Notes under the pieces: generated by a model
Told to the model about the DNA's origin: nothing
Database searches by the model: none
What the model saw: only the letters and a program-made list of their open reading frames with translations
Position numbers and translations under genes: made by a program
Source of the DNA: Saccostrea echinata
Lineage: Eukaryota
NCBI RefSeq assembly: GCF_033153115.1
Contig: NW_026889766.1
Span: forward strand, 2,480,001-2,544,000
Direction: 5' to 3'
Length of the DNA: 64,000 nt
Part shown: piece after piece, positions 38,456-51,800 of the stretch
How positions within the stretch are numbered: the first letter of the stretch is position 1
Layout: each line of letters begins with the position of its first letter

Positions 38456-41400
38456 CATCAATTCTCTGTAAGGACCAAAAATGCTTGGCCACGCACTATC
38501 ATGGAATTTTATTTTATCACTATAATATTAGAGAGTGCCCTATGTAAAGACTATTGGTGGGTAAATTTTGGACAGTGTCTCCTTGGTTTCCATAGCAACG
38601 ACTTTGAAATATTTTGTTATGGCAAATCTGACCTGATTGTCATCACTGTCATCACATCATTGTAAAATAAATCTGTGCTTCCTTAATGTAGGAAAGTTAT
38701 GAACATAACATGGGTTTCTTTTTATAGCTAAGTAATCAAAGTTTCTTTGTATCTAAATTTTATTCAATTTAACCTAAGGTTTTTGATATGATACAGATCA
38801 ACTTACATGATTTTGTCATAAAAATGAATACGAAGGTGCCTCTTTCTGGATACGCATATAAATTTTTGCAGGCAATGGAACTTAGTAAAAAGATCTTTTT
38901 AGTAATATCGAGCTTAGATCTAAAAGATGCAAAAAGATTTGAGGTGGGGAAATCAGCTAAAGTCATATTCCAATCCCCTCAAATTATAACTTTTCCTAGA
39001 AATTAACCTAGAGTTATTTCCCTTTGCTGACTCTTTTGCACTGAAGATGATAAATTAAACTGGTGTAAGTTCCCTTTGTTGACTCTCCTGTATTGAAGTC
39101 TAAAGAAGTTTATAACAACATATGGCAGAAACAGACGCCAGAAAAATAAAATGAAACAATAACAGAAAAATGATGTGTTTTTCAATTTTTTAAAAATGGA
39201 ATTCAAGTGTGAATGACAAATTAAGTCATCAGTCAATTAATGAAAATAAAGGAGACACTGCTTTCTCAGCATTCAACTTGATAATGATGTACGGACCTTT
39301 ATAAATATTAGATTTTTAAAGTCAAATTCACTTTGCAAAATATTGAAACAAAATTTATGAAGTCTGACTTGCATTCCCATCATGTGGAATTTCATGAAAA
39401 AAATGCAAGATGAAATTGGAGGAAAACAACAAATTTTTGGTAACTTTATACAGTTTAAAATCTGATTTGGTCTAAAAAGTATTAGGGGCGGTGGCTAAAA
39501 ATTAGTAATGGTCGACTTAATGGAAACAAATAAAAAAAATTTAACCTAAAAAGAAGTCATATAATTCAGATTCACTGTAAAAGAACACACCATATTTAAC
39601 TGCAGATATAAATACACACCAATAAGATAAAAATAAAATATATCCATGTAAATGTATGTATTCATGATCGATGAATAATGATTTTTTTTTTAATTTGAAA
39701 AAGAAAATTAAACATAATTTAGATGTACTGATGCTTTGAAAAGAAAAAAAGAAGATGAAAAGACACACAGTGAAATAATTTTTTTAATATAACAATCGTC
39801 TGGATATGGAAAGGAATAGAAATTTTCATTTTTTAATTCCAACTTCCACAATGAATTTATCAAATCTTTTATAAAAGTGAATGATATAGTGTTGATTACT
39901 TGTATGAATATCCCTAATGCATATGATTTACACAAGAAAATTGCAAAGGCCTATAAATTAACTACAAGTTCTTTTTTAGTATCAGAGAGTATGAATTTTT
40001 ATAAAAGGTTAGTGTTAGGTTATATTTTGAATTTTTCAATCGTAATACTTTGTGAATTTGTCATAGAAAAATATCTTATATAAAAAGAAGTAAGGGAGAA
40101 CCCTTAGGGTATGGAGCGGAGGAAGGGGGGGGGGGGGGGGGGGGTTCCGTCCCCAAGCATCTGTGATATGAAGCCAGCTGTTTTAAGTACACATGCAGGA
40201 ATTTTGAGGCAATTTATTTCAAGGTGTAAATTCTAATTACTAGCTAAGAATTATATACATTTTAATAAAAATAGATATGTTTATATACTTGTATTTGTTA
40301 TCACATGCAAAATGAAGTAGATATTAAACAATTGATTTTTGATTAAACTATACATGTATGTTTTTTATTCCAGGGGAAAAGATGAAGATGATTATTTCAC
40401 GTATCACTTTTCAAACCCGTTTAAAATTCCTCTTGACTGGTCAGGCACAACACCATATAAAGGTCAATCACTGATGTAAAGAGAAATCATGGAAACATCA
40501 AGCCTAGCTGTTTCTATTGTCTACAAAATTGTTATAAAATAGCTATTTTCTAAATTTTGTTTATCTCTAAATACACGTTTTGGATAATGTTTAGATGTAG
40601 ATTCTTGCTTGATTAATAATTTGGAAAAAAAAAATGTTTTTAAAGTGACGATAAAATTATACATATACACAATAATATGTGTATGTTTTCTGAGTGTAAG
40701 ACTGTACATTAATGGTATTATTTTTAATGGGGGTGTTAATTTATGGTCAGTCTAAATAATTCTAAATTTCTTTAACCAAATAAAATTATTATATAAAGAT
40801 ATGCATCTGGGAACGAGCAAAATTTAAATGGAGGAAATTAACATCAGCTAACCTGCTATTACTTACTCATGTATGAAAAAGTAATATTTTATTATTTATT
40901 TATTATTTTTTTGGTTGAAAAAAGTATCATTAGAGTTTTTATCCATTATCTTTTTCCATTTTCTATCTAGTATTTGAAAATGTGTTTACTGAAATAAGTT
41001 CCAGTGAATAGCTTATTTTCTTTAGATTTTGAGCTATCTGCCCTTGGTAAAGGACCATAGAGAAACAACAATAATTCAATTAATTTTATTTTATCTTATT
41101 TATTATATTTAATAATATATATTAATCATTCGGTTTGTCTTATTTATAAGTGAAAAAAATGTTTGGAAAAGAAATTTTATAAAACAACCAGTTTCTAGTA
41201 ACATTTTGAACAAAATATTACTTGGCAAAATGATAATTTTCGAAGCTAAAAAATACTGAAAACGAAATAAAACCCCACTCTACTTTTCATAAAAGTTAAC
41301 AAATATTATTATGCTGTTTTTAAAATTTCAAGTGATTTTTTCTTGAATTGCCTGCATTTCTTGAGAGACTTCTTGAAATTTAGGGTATAAATAACCATTT

Positions 41401-41760
41401 TCAAAATGTAATCTTTGGTCATCTTTGAGCCATTAATGGAAGAATTTGCAGTGACTTGTAGAATTTTATTATTGCGTTATATAGTGCTTCATTCGTTCTA
41501 TTCATATGATGTATGAATTATCTAAAAATAATAAAGATAATTAAACCACATGAAATCAAGTATATAGCATTTTTATGCTTGAATTGAGAGTTAATCTATA
41601 TTAGCCCGTTACCATGGCAACCAAGGTAGTAACCTTAATTTTGAATGTTGATTATGTCATAATGTATGGACTTTAATCACCTGAAAAAGTTTCATGAAAA
41701 TCGCTCATGGTGTGTGCCACAGCCCTAAAGTAAAATTTTGGTCCTTACAAAGAATTGATG
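38456..41760. mobile_element. TTAA-flanked non-autonomous TIR element, same family as 21-6719, in an intron of copy B
   Basis: TTAA|CATCAATTCTCTGTAAGGACCAAAA ... TTTTGGTCCTTACAAAGAATTGATG|TTAA (25-bp TIR, 1 mismatch); subterminal CCTTGGTTTCCATAGCAAC / GTTACCATGGCAACCAAGG. Confidence 0.85.
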
Positions 41761-42357
41761 TTAAAATTGCTCCAAAAGGAGAGTACTTGATCATTCGAAG
41801 AATCAAAACAAGACATGACTTCTAGCATATCGATGACAGGTAGAGCAAAAATCTTATCTAAATACACTTACAAGAATATTTTTACTGTTTGGATTTTCTT
41901 CATAATATTCTCCAAAAAGTATTTCCATACAAAATCATTTTCGTATTCATTAATATTGACATATGTGCTATTATTATTATCTTTTGAATCCTTGTATATT
42001 TTCTCAACCTTCTGACGTTCACATACCAGCGAATAAAACGTATAAATCAAAGTTAATTACAAATATAAAATCAAATGTTTTTATCATAATATAGTATTTC
42101 TCTTTCTCTCTGAGTGTGAGCTTTGTTTTTTCTTTTCCATTCCTTGATGCTGTTTGTTTTTCCTTGTAAACATGCAGATGTTCATTGTTGTACATTTTCT
42201 TTTAATTTTGCCTTTAATTAGATACGAGGAACATATACTCTAACAAGGACATTTTAACAGCTTTATGGAAATCTGAGACATGAATTTTAAATTTTATTCA
42301 GATGACATATTTTTAAATGCTTATATTGCACTTTCCATTTCCGAAAAAAAACCTTAC

Positions 42358-42495
42358 CAATACAATCTAAGGACACGGCACTGGGATTAGAACAGCCATA
42401 AATACATGATCCGTTAAAAGCATCACAATGTTTGTCCTCACACTTATCACTGCATGTATTAGTACATCCAAAATGATATTTACTTTTATCACAAC
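42358..42495 (-). pseudogene. Copy B exon 4 (EGF-like)
   Basis: GCDKSKYHFGCTNTCSDKCEDKHCDAFNGSCIYGC..DCI; 138 nt, AG/GT, open. Confidence 0.85.
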
Positions 42496-42701
42496 CTACA
42501 ATGAAAGACGATAGCATAAGTGCAATATGTGTGTACGTGTTTTTTTTTTCTTGAGAATTATTTTAAATTAATTTATCCAATACTATTTTTAAGGTGTTCA
42601 AGGTAACGGTATTTAAAAGACAGTAATACATTCTACAATGTTTTTCATCTTATTAAAATCTAAAAATCCGTTAAAAGACACGTTTGTTGAGCGCAACCTA
42701 C

Positions 42702-42958
42702 CCATTTCTATTACCTCGCATACTTCAACTGATGTCTTTCCTATATTTACACCCGAACAGCTTGACGTAAATCCGTTTGGTCTTTTATTAAAGAGGGCCA
42801 TTCCATAAGCTATTTTATTCACAATTATGTTCTTGAAAGGCAATGGGCAACCTGACATATGATCCTGATGGTACACTAGACTCCCCATGTCTCCAAAGAG
42901 TGGAACATGGGATACTTTTTCGTAAGTATATATGGAGTATCCAGTTGACCGGTTTTTG
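42702..42958 (-). pseudogene. Copy B exon 3 (lectin-like domain, C half), 1-nt deletion
   Basis: RSTGYSIYTY..GSLVYHQD..GCP..SVEVCEVIEM; 257 nt between AG and GT, one short of frame-preserving. Confidence 0.8.
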
Positions 42959-43143
42959 CTGAAATAGAGAGAATTACTATCATTATATCTAACAATGCAA
43001 CCCTTAGATTTAATTTTGCTAAATCCTGACGAAGTATAGTGTAATGAAATTGAATAATCAAAGTGGATTGAAAGGCGCCTGAATCATTCAATCGAATCAT
43101 TTTATATTTAGCCAATCAATGTTTGCATTTCAGCATATCAGAG

Positions 43144-43378
43144 TGTCGGGAAACAACCGAATTGTTAGTTAGACCACTCAGCTCAGGGATCTAGTTCCTT
43201 AGTGACTTGATGACTTTAGATTGTGTCTTGATGACTTTAGATTGCGTCTTGGTGACTTTAGTTTATGTCTTTGTGACTTTAAATAATAGAGGTGTCTCAG
43301 TGACTTTTTAGGGTGTGTTTTAGGGTACTTGCAGACTGTGTCGGGAAACAACAGCATTGTTGGTTAAACCACTCAGCC
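43144..43378. repeat. 39-bp direct repeats enclosing a ~20-bp tandem array
   Basis: TGTCGGGAAACAAC..TTGTT(A/G)GTTA(G/A)ACCACTCAGC at ~43144 and ~43339, with TGACTTTAGATTGTGTCTTG units between. Confidence 0.75.
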
Positions 43379-44329
43379 TGCAGCTACAGGGAAAATGTTA
43401 TAGATTTGATCACTGGTGATTCATTTGTTATAGTTCGTCTTCATTTAGTTCACTAATCATTATCCAGATAGGACCTAGGAAAAAGTATATATAGTGAATT
43501 TCAGTCAGTTGTTCTTTTAGTATCATTAATATTATTGAAGTTTGTTTTGATTTTATATTATAAGCGTAATTCTTAGGAAGGAAACCTAAGCAAACCCAAT
43601 TATTAATCATTTATATATAGTAAAAACGTTACAATAGGTAGTTGATACACTATCATCTCTGTTAATTCTTTTATGCAATTGGTGCCAAGAACTTAAATGT
43701 GTTCTCTTGTATTAATTGCAAAGCAGAATAAAGAAACATACCTGGGGTCATTATTTTTTTTTTTTTAATTTTAGATGTCCTGTATCGATTTTACATCGAG
43801 AACTCTGTAGAAATCAAAATCTGTTAAGACACTTTATTTGAATAACGAAAATGTGTCCGCCAATCTTTTCATAATTGTAAAGATTTCTTGCAAAGAAATC
43901 TTTTATACGATTGTCATCTTTGACGACCTTGAGAATTTGAATATTTTTAGCTGATCCTTATCCCTAATTAACAAAAAATAATGAAAAAAAAAAAAAAAAA
44001 ACTCACGAAATAAATATAAATATGGATCTAATTGTGTTTTTCTTTTCATTCTTTATTTTCAAAAAACAACAGGAATTGCAATAATGAGGCATATTGGATT
44101 GGATAGATTATATTACAGATGTATCATAATATACATATCAACGTAAACATGCATCATTAATTGTTAAAATTATAAAAAGAACATTTTCTTTATCTGTAGA
44201 AAAAAACACAAATGTTTGTTAGAATTCATATTCGATCTTTAGAGAATAAGTATCGCTGCCAGTGGGGCACATCCTTCATCTTACAAAGTCCGTAATAAGT
44301 ACTCCCATATGGCAGCACTACTGAAGGAC

Positions 44330-46110
44330 AAACCCCTTCAAATAGTCAGACTATAATTATTATTAAAAAGCTGTAGATATATCATTAAACCATTTAAATG
44401 TTAAGTTGACATCTAATCTAATTTTGTAAACCTCATATTGATACATAAAATTTGTCTTTACATAATATATAATATCATTTTTATGTTTTCTTCTTCGCTT
44501 TCATATCTTAGCTTCATTTTTATCTTATATAAAAAAGTGTTATATAAGATAATAAATAATTGAGTGAAAAAATAGTTTTGTGTTCTTCATAAAAAATCCC
44601 AATACAATATTTTTCCATTTTATATTTAAATTCAGACAATTTTCTAGGTTAGCCCAAACCAGTTGTACATTTCTACATTCAAAAATTAGATCTTTTATAT
44701 CTTCAAGTGTTTCACAAAACGCATATCTATTTAATACATTCCTATTCCATTTGTGAACAGATTTGTTATTATAAAGTAGATTTTGCAAGAGCTTATAATT
44801 AAATTTTGCAAATTGTTTATCTTTGATTTTAGTAATTTTGGATTTATAGATATGTGTTTTGTTTTCTACAAAGTTGAAATTAAAGCTTCTCGACCAAAAT
44901 TTCTCAGAGTAGGTTTTAGAAAAGTTTTTTTGATAAAAATACCATAAATTGTTTTGCTACTTATCGAGTTTATCGGCCTTTGTTTATTTTCTAGTAAAAT
45001 CATTGTTTGATTTCTAATGTTTATTAATGCTCCTTTTGAAACATCGTTATATTATTGTATAGGTTTTATAACTTTTTTAAGTATTGTATTCACAGATAAA
45101 GTTTGACTTGTTTTCAAGAATATCATAAAAATAATTGTTGTCATGGAAATTTCCGTTTTCATCAATCAGGTCTTTAATAAATAAAATTCCACTTTTTATT
45201 TAATCTGTGTAAAAAAGTATTTTATCTTTAAAACCAACCAGGTTGTTTAACCAAATAGGTAGAGACAACATTTCAACATCGATCATCTCCCTTATATTGT
45301 GAATTTTATTTTTACAATGTTTAGTGTACCAAGCATATCACAATAGAAAAGTGGTAATGACTTAAATATTTGTTTTATTTCATCAGTACTGGTTGTATTT
45401 GTCTTAATAAGATACTCTGTTGAAACGAATTTTCTCGCAATATATGTTGGGAAGAAGGAATTTAAAGATGATTGTTTTTTATTTAAAATTTGTGTTACCC
45501 ATGCGGCCCTGAGCGCTTTCAATTTATAATCAAAGTCAACAATTCCTATCCCTCCCTCATTCCGTTTTCCTTTTAAATTATTTCTTTTTATCCGTTATCT
45601 CTTTCCCCCATAGAAAATTGAACATGTTTTCCTTATTCCTTTAATGGTTTCGTTTCTAGGATATTGCAAAATAGTTGCACTTTAGTATATTTGTGTTAAT
45701 GCTAAAGTATTAATGACAGTACATTTCCCGTATATAATTAACTTTCTGGTTAAAATATAGAAAATTACTAAAATCTTTTCTCCTGCTGAATTGTGTAGTA
45801 TTTTTGGACATTATTTCTACAATAAATAAAAAGAGCAGTGCTGAGATTTGAAACCTTGTCGAATGTCTTTTGTCATTTTACAAGTTCTAGATATCCACTT
45901 GTTATTCTTTATACGAAATATTCAGGCTTTGGATATAGAATTTTCATCCATCTTATGAATTGTTCTCCAAAATTAAAATAAATCTCGGGTACTGAGCATA
46001 ATGTTCCATTCTTCAGAATCGAAAGCTTTTTGAAAATCAAGAAGTTAAATTGTTCCTTTCTCTTGCTCAATATCACATTATTCAAATATATCAGTAAAAG
46101 TCTTGCAATT
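44330..46110 (-). mobile_element. Highly decayed L1/Tx1-type ORF2 fragment
   Basis: DFQKAFDS, KALRAAWV, DLIFECRNVQLVW..KWKNIVLGF. Confidence 0.75.
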
Positions 46111-47079
46111 TAACCAATATATAATATATACATTTGTGGTATCTCTCTATTATATAAACATGCAGAGAGCAAATATCTTCATACCTGTATGAAGTTTTTC
46201 GAAGGTCATAGGTCATTACGTGACCTAATCACACAGCGCAGTAATATCTACATAAAAAGACTTACTCCACTAAGCAATATAGCATGTTTTTCATGCATAA
46301 AAATGTACAAAATACGCAAGTAAAATAATAATCATTTTATTTACAATGTAAACGAGTATTTAATACAGTTTTTGATCGGTTTTACATAGAGAATATAAAA
46401 CTACATGTTATAAGTTCCATGTCTGAGCTGCATAGTCTCAACGTTTACCCTTATTTTTCTCGCAGACCTCTGAATGCTATAATTTTTTTTCATTAAACTT
46501 TACTCACAATAAATTTTAAAATCTGTTGAAAAACATCAATGTAATGCAATCACGCCACAAACAGCTGAAAAACACTGCACTTTGGAAGTTCGGTAGGCAC
46601 ACCTCCATCATCGAGATCGTTGTCTTAACAATGTAAGCTGTCGCCAATGTCTCCATGTCAACATCATAAATTAATAAATATGCCTGACTGAAATGTAGAT
46701 TTTATGTTTTTGATCAAATTCTGTACTTGAGTTCAAGTTATCTGGTCCGGACAAGTGTCTCCATCCATCCCTTTCCGACCGAAATTCCTCCAACTTTTTA
46801 TTATCAAACATCGGACGCGTTTCTTGTGTTTTTTAAACATCGAATATGGGTTCTCATGAATACAAAAATTCCCACACACCAATATGCTCACTATAATTGA
46901 TCACAAGTAGCCTTTCACAGAATATTCCCTTCAAAACAGAATCCTTTGCCAGATGAATTTGAAGCGTAACCGCTTTTCAAGCCGATTTACACCTAGCGTA
47001 ATTTGTCAAAATCTACGACGTACAGTTAGTGCAATATTTATATTCGATTACATTCGATTGTCCGTCTCAAATGTATATA

Positions 47080-47239
47080 TAAGTAATAAATAACAAATTT
47101 AAAAACTTCAATGGGAATTGAAGTGGGTCGGTACGTGATCAAATCTTCTGAGAAGGCCTTCGGCCTTCACAGGATTTGATCACGTGACCGACCCACTTCA
47201 ATTCCCATTGAAGTTTTTAAACTTGTTTTTTATTTCTTA
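47080..47239. mobile_element. 160-bp palindromic MITE-like hairpin
   Basis: Arms TTTAAAAACTTCAATGGGAATTGAAGTGGGTCGGT..CGTGATCAAATC and their reverse complement around GAAGGCC-TTC-GGCCTTC. Confidence 0.85.
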
Positions 47240-47405
47240 AGTGTAATCACAATTTGTTAAACTAATAGGTCTTTAATTTCTCAGATAATTCTTTTCTCCT
47301 TTTTTATGTATCAGAAAAATAATTGATATTTTTTGCGAAAAAGTCAATTCCTCATTTTTAAATGTCTCAGTTAATAATTCATAAAAATATTCTTTAATGT
47401 CGTTT

Positions 47406-47441
<36 letters not shown>

Positions 47442-48345
47442 GAATTCGACAGGTAACCCCTCAGAACCAGGGCATTTGATGAGATCGATTTTTAAAAAAT
47501 GGCATAAATTATTTTTCATTTCCTCCTAGCAAGTTATTTCAAAGTTGCTATGCTTGTAAAAAAGTGTTATTCAGATATATTACAGTATAAGCTGGTCATA
47601 TATGGAGGGACTTTATTCACTGTTCGTTATCTTACCTTGTCATTTGAAATTTGCTCATTACCTCCGTAAACCTTGCAATCAAATTATTTATTTCTGTGTT
47701 ACCAGGAAAATTGAAAAAACCAGCACGCAGGCCCTTTTAGATAAAATTGCAACATTGAAATTTATATCAAACTTTAATACTGAAGGTCTATTTGCAAAGA
47801 TCGCGTGATTTCCACCTTAGGTGACTGGTTTAAACATAAAATTCATTCATCCTAAATATACTTTTTTATCAGTATCATATCTGCCAATCACTATTAAAGA
47901 TTTACATTGAAACACCAAGCGTTATAAAGAATGAATTCTTATCATAACAAATCACCAACATCTCTATTATAATGGTGCATTGACTTATCCTTCGTAGAAT
48001 ATCACAGATATAGTTAAGACATGAAGCTCAAAAGAAAATTTTTATTTTATACTAAAATGTCGCTTTTAATAGATACGTGAAAAGGTATTTTAACAACTTA
48101 ATTACATATCCTTTTAAATTTTCTGATAATTTAGTATAGTTAACACACAGTACTTGATTTTAAGCTAAGGAAAGTCTAATATAGTCGTTAAGTATGATTT
48201 TATTTTTTTTTTCAATTCTACCTTTTAAATGTAAGTAATGAATATGTAGCTTCTTTTAGAAGGAGAGCATAGCAACAACTATATACGTTCAGACACATGT
48301 ATATTACAACAGAAAAGGTTTTTATTAAAGCTAAGGAATACTTGC

Positions 48346-48582
48346 TGTAAGAACGCAGATAGATCTCTAAATATACTATACTATATTTCCTGTTTAACCA
48401 TACTTTCCACCAAACTGATTTATAATTATTAATATCGAAAGCAGCAATGGCACATGTAGTAAGATAAGTCTGAAGAGTACTACCATCTACCACTTTGTCA
48501 GGAGTCAAGCTGCTGTAATGAGGAGCAATATTCCAAAAGGCGGTTCATTGTAGATTATGCTCAGGTGTATGTGCCAGATTAA
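48346..48582 (-). pseudogene. Copy B exon 2 (lectin-like domain, N half), with in-frame TGA
   Basis: INLAHTPEHNLQ*TAFW..DKVVDG..CAIA..VWWKVWL..LEIYLRSY; TGA at 48547-48545; GC donor; paralogous to 11083-11307. Confidence 0.85.
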
Positions 48583-48750
48583 CTGTATAATGATTTTGTT
48601 TTCAAATATTTCATTTTAAATCACTTACGACCAACAATCCACTATTCAGTATTTATGGCGACGAGTATCAAAGATTTAGTGTTCATAGTTTGCAAAAACT
48701 GACAATCTTTCTACTATTTTATAAGAGAAGATAGAGAGTGAGAGACTTAC

Positions 48751-48847
48751 TAAAACCCGAGATCTTTGATACAGAGTGTATCAGAAAAAATAGTAAAATT
48801 GCATCCAACCTTATATCTGTATATTTTAGATGTTTGGCGTCATTCAT
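48751..48847 (-). pseudogene. Copy B exon 1 (leader/signal peptide)
   Basis: MNDAKHLKYTDIRLDAILLFFLIHSVSKISGF, phase-1 donor A|GTAAGT. Confidence 0.7.
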
Positions 48848-51800
48848 CTTCCTGGTTGACTGGATGAAGTGATTTATACTCTCTACTGACCTGTTTGATA
48901 GGTAAGTTATGGGGCACACAGCAAAAGCTATATAAATCTATGTACAGTATATGTATAATATGTAGCCAGACTTAAAGCCTTTAAAGATATTCAAGATTTA
49001 CATTAAAAAAAATTCCCCAAACGTGTTTGAAAAGAGGAAATACGACATTTTTAATCTGAAGAACAATTTCGAGGGAAGTTAAATATATGCAGAACTGTAG
49101 AAATCTACTGAGAACAGTCCAAATGCTTTAAACACATTGAAAATATTATTTTGAAAAAAAAAAAAATCAATTTTTCTATATACTTACGGTATTTTCCTTT
49201 TCTGTATACATTTGAAATTAAGAATTGGCAATTCCTTTTACAGAGATGATGTTCTTTGTTTGATACCCTTTGTAAAGATACTTTCATATTTCAAGAACAA
49301 GGTTCGGTAGAGAGATTTAGAGAGGGAGGAAAGAGAGGGGGAGATTAACCGACATGAAAGACTTCACAAATATAAGCAATTGCAATGCAGTGTTCAATAT
49401 ACGTCAATGTCATTAAATAAACACGGTGTGTTTTATCTTCCGTGTCCTGTCGAAAATGTTTTTGGAATGTGGCATTTAATGAGTGTTGTGAGATAAGGTG
49501 CAGGTGGTATAGATTGCGATTTAATAAAATCAATAAAATCTAATTGATATAGCTCTTGATGACAGAATTGAGGGTTAAGAAATGGCAAACCTATCCGTAT
49601 ATATCATAAATAATTTAATATATTAAGATATCAATATGTTTGAAGGTTTAAACGAAAAGACATTAAAATAAATATTATTGTAGGTCTTATATGTAATCTA
49701 TTAATGTCTTAAATGTAGAATTTTCATAACTTAAATATTTTATATTTTCGACAAAATTAATTTTTACAAAGCACATCTAGTAAAGTTGAAGTTAAAACAC
49801 GTCAGGTTGTTAATTTCATACAACAAAAAAGTAATTTTTTTTAAAGATTTCTTTTAAAGAAGAACAACGACACTTTTTTTAATATATTTATGCAATTGGA
49901 AGTTTGCCTTTAGTAAAGAAATTGAGAACACCAATATCGCAGTTTATCATTCTCCATAGCCGACATTATGTAAGAACGTTTTTTGTTTTATTATTTTTTC
50001 CATTTTTTTTCCTTTATAGCCTTCCTTACTAACTTATTCATTCAATTATTTGATCAATAATTTTGAAGAGCATCACCCTTTCAATTACTTTGATAAAGCA
50101 AAAAAATATATATATCTTTGGTATATCTGTTTAACATATTTAAATGATAAAAAATAAGGGGATTGCACATGAGTGGTTTATCTTAGATATGTTTTGGTAG
50201 AAGACGATCAATACATTTGCATTCTTTGAGTGATTTCCAATAAGACATTTTATACATTTGGATATGCATCAGATAATTAAAAAAAATCAATAGTCCACGA
50301 GAATGATATTTTTAATGAAATATTTAAACATTTATTTTTATTCACACATTCTCCAGATCAAGTATCATAGCTTACTTTCAATATTTATATTTTTATCTAT
50401 TCCAACAGATTTGTCTATTGAATTAGACATTTTTATATATAGCAGTATAATATCGGAGAATCAAAATCTTACAAAAAATATATTTTATGTATATTTTGTC
50501 TTTTCTCAGATTTCTGGCGGACGTTATGAGGTGAATGTGGAAATGTGGTTTTTAGATGAAACAATGAATATTTTTGGCTCTCGCAGCGATGTTAAGGCTT
50601 ACTACGAGGAAATCAACGGAATATGAACGTGCATAAATACATACCTTTTTAAACCGAATTTATTTTTGTAAAGCTACTAGATCATCACATGAATTTAATA
50701 TTAATTGAAATGACATTGTATACCCTGCTCTGTATTGAATTTGGTTTGGTCATGTTATTTGACAGGCACGTGATAAATGTATTTAATGTGTTCTGTATGT
50801 AGGTCATGAACAAATTTCAATATCGCAAGGGCATACCCTAGTTCAAATTAAAAATTTAAGCAATAAGTTGTTTCTACATATCTTGTAGTTGATGGAAAGT
50901 GCTGCTGTTTTAAATAGAATTCGTAATTTATTACTTTAAATTTCAAATTATTTAGCTCTAGTCGAAATATGTGTGACCTTTATCAACTATTTTATGTATT
51001 TATTAAGTTATACACTCGATTTCAGGAAAGCAGCAGCACTTTTCAAGTTAAGGAATGTGTTCGTTATGTATATCTAAGAAATGGTCAAGGTCTGTAAACC
51101 GTATGCCCTTGCGAAAACGCGATTTCATGGGGCACCTCGGCGTGAAACATGCAAATCCTGTACAAAAAAACACGGAAAAATTAATTCAATACATTCTCTA
51201 GATAGTTTTTAAATGATGGCACTAAACAAAGGTTTTAGATTTGTATTAATAGTCGAAGTAACATTTGCAAATAATATTCTCTTTAATAATGAAATGCATT
51301 TTTCACTGAGAAAATATTACTTGATCCGCCTCTCACTGCACATAAAATGTGTCAAATTTTACCGTGATGACGTCATGTCGACAAGTGCATTGCGATCACT
51401 GACTTGTTTATATCTTACTGTTTGGGATTTAGCTAGAGAAAAAAATGAATAAGAGTGTTAAGTTTTGATGTAGTTCATTACTCATAAGCAGTTTAAAATC
51501 GCAAATTATTTCATTTTCTTATATTGTGAGGAATTGCTATTTTTGTGTGATGTCACAGTAAGCATTTCCCGTGTAATTAGGCCCCGCCCCCTTTATGCAG
51601 CCTTAACAGAGCTGCGCTGTTTATCTTGCATGTAGCCAAATACTTATAATTCATGCATCAGAATAGCATCATAACAGTAGATAACTTGTAGGGGTAAGAC
51701 ATCGGGTAGTTCAGCTTCACTTGAAAGTCAGAGATCCATAAATTATTACTTGAAGTGAATTGTTGTTGTACAGCGGCTACAACATCAGTTTCCGTAGAGA

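Larger units (their letters stand above)
29692..48847 (-). pseudogene. Receptor copy B: F-type lectin/EGF/TM/ITAM receptor pseudogene
   Basis: Exons 48847-48751, 48582-48346, 42958-42702, 42495-42358, 38358-38221, 33929-33797, (32246-~32150), 30113-30084 and 29990-29692. All introns are phase 1. Several nonsense, frameshift and splice lesions. Confidence 0.85.

Noticed and set aside
48545-48547. Selenocysteine or readthrough TGA
   Set aside because: The gene has several other independent lesions; no Cys is expected at this position and no SECIS was recognised
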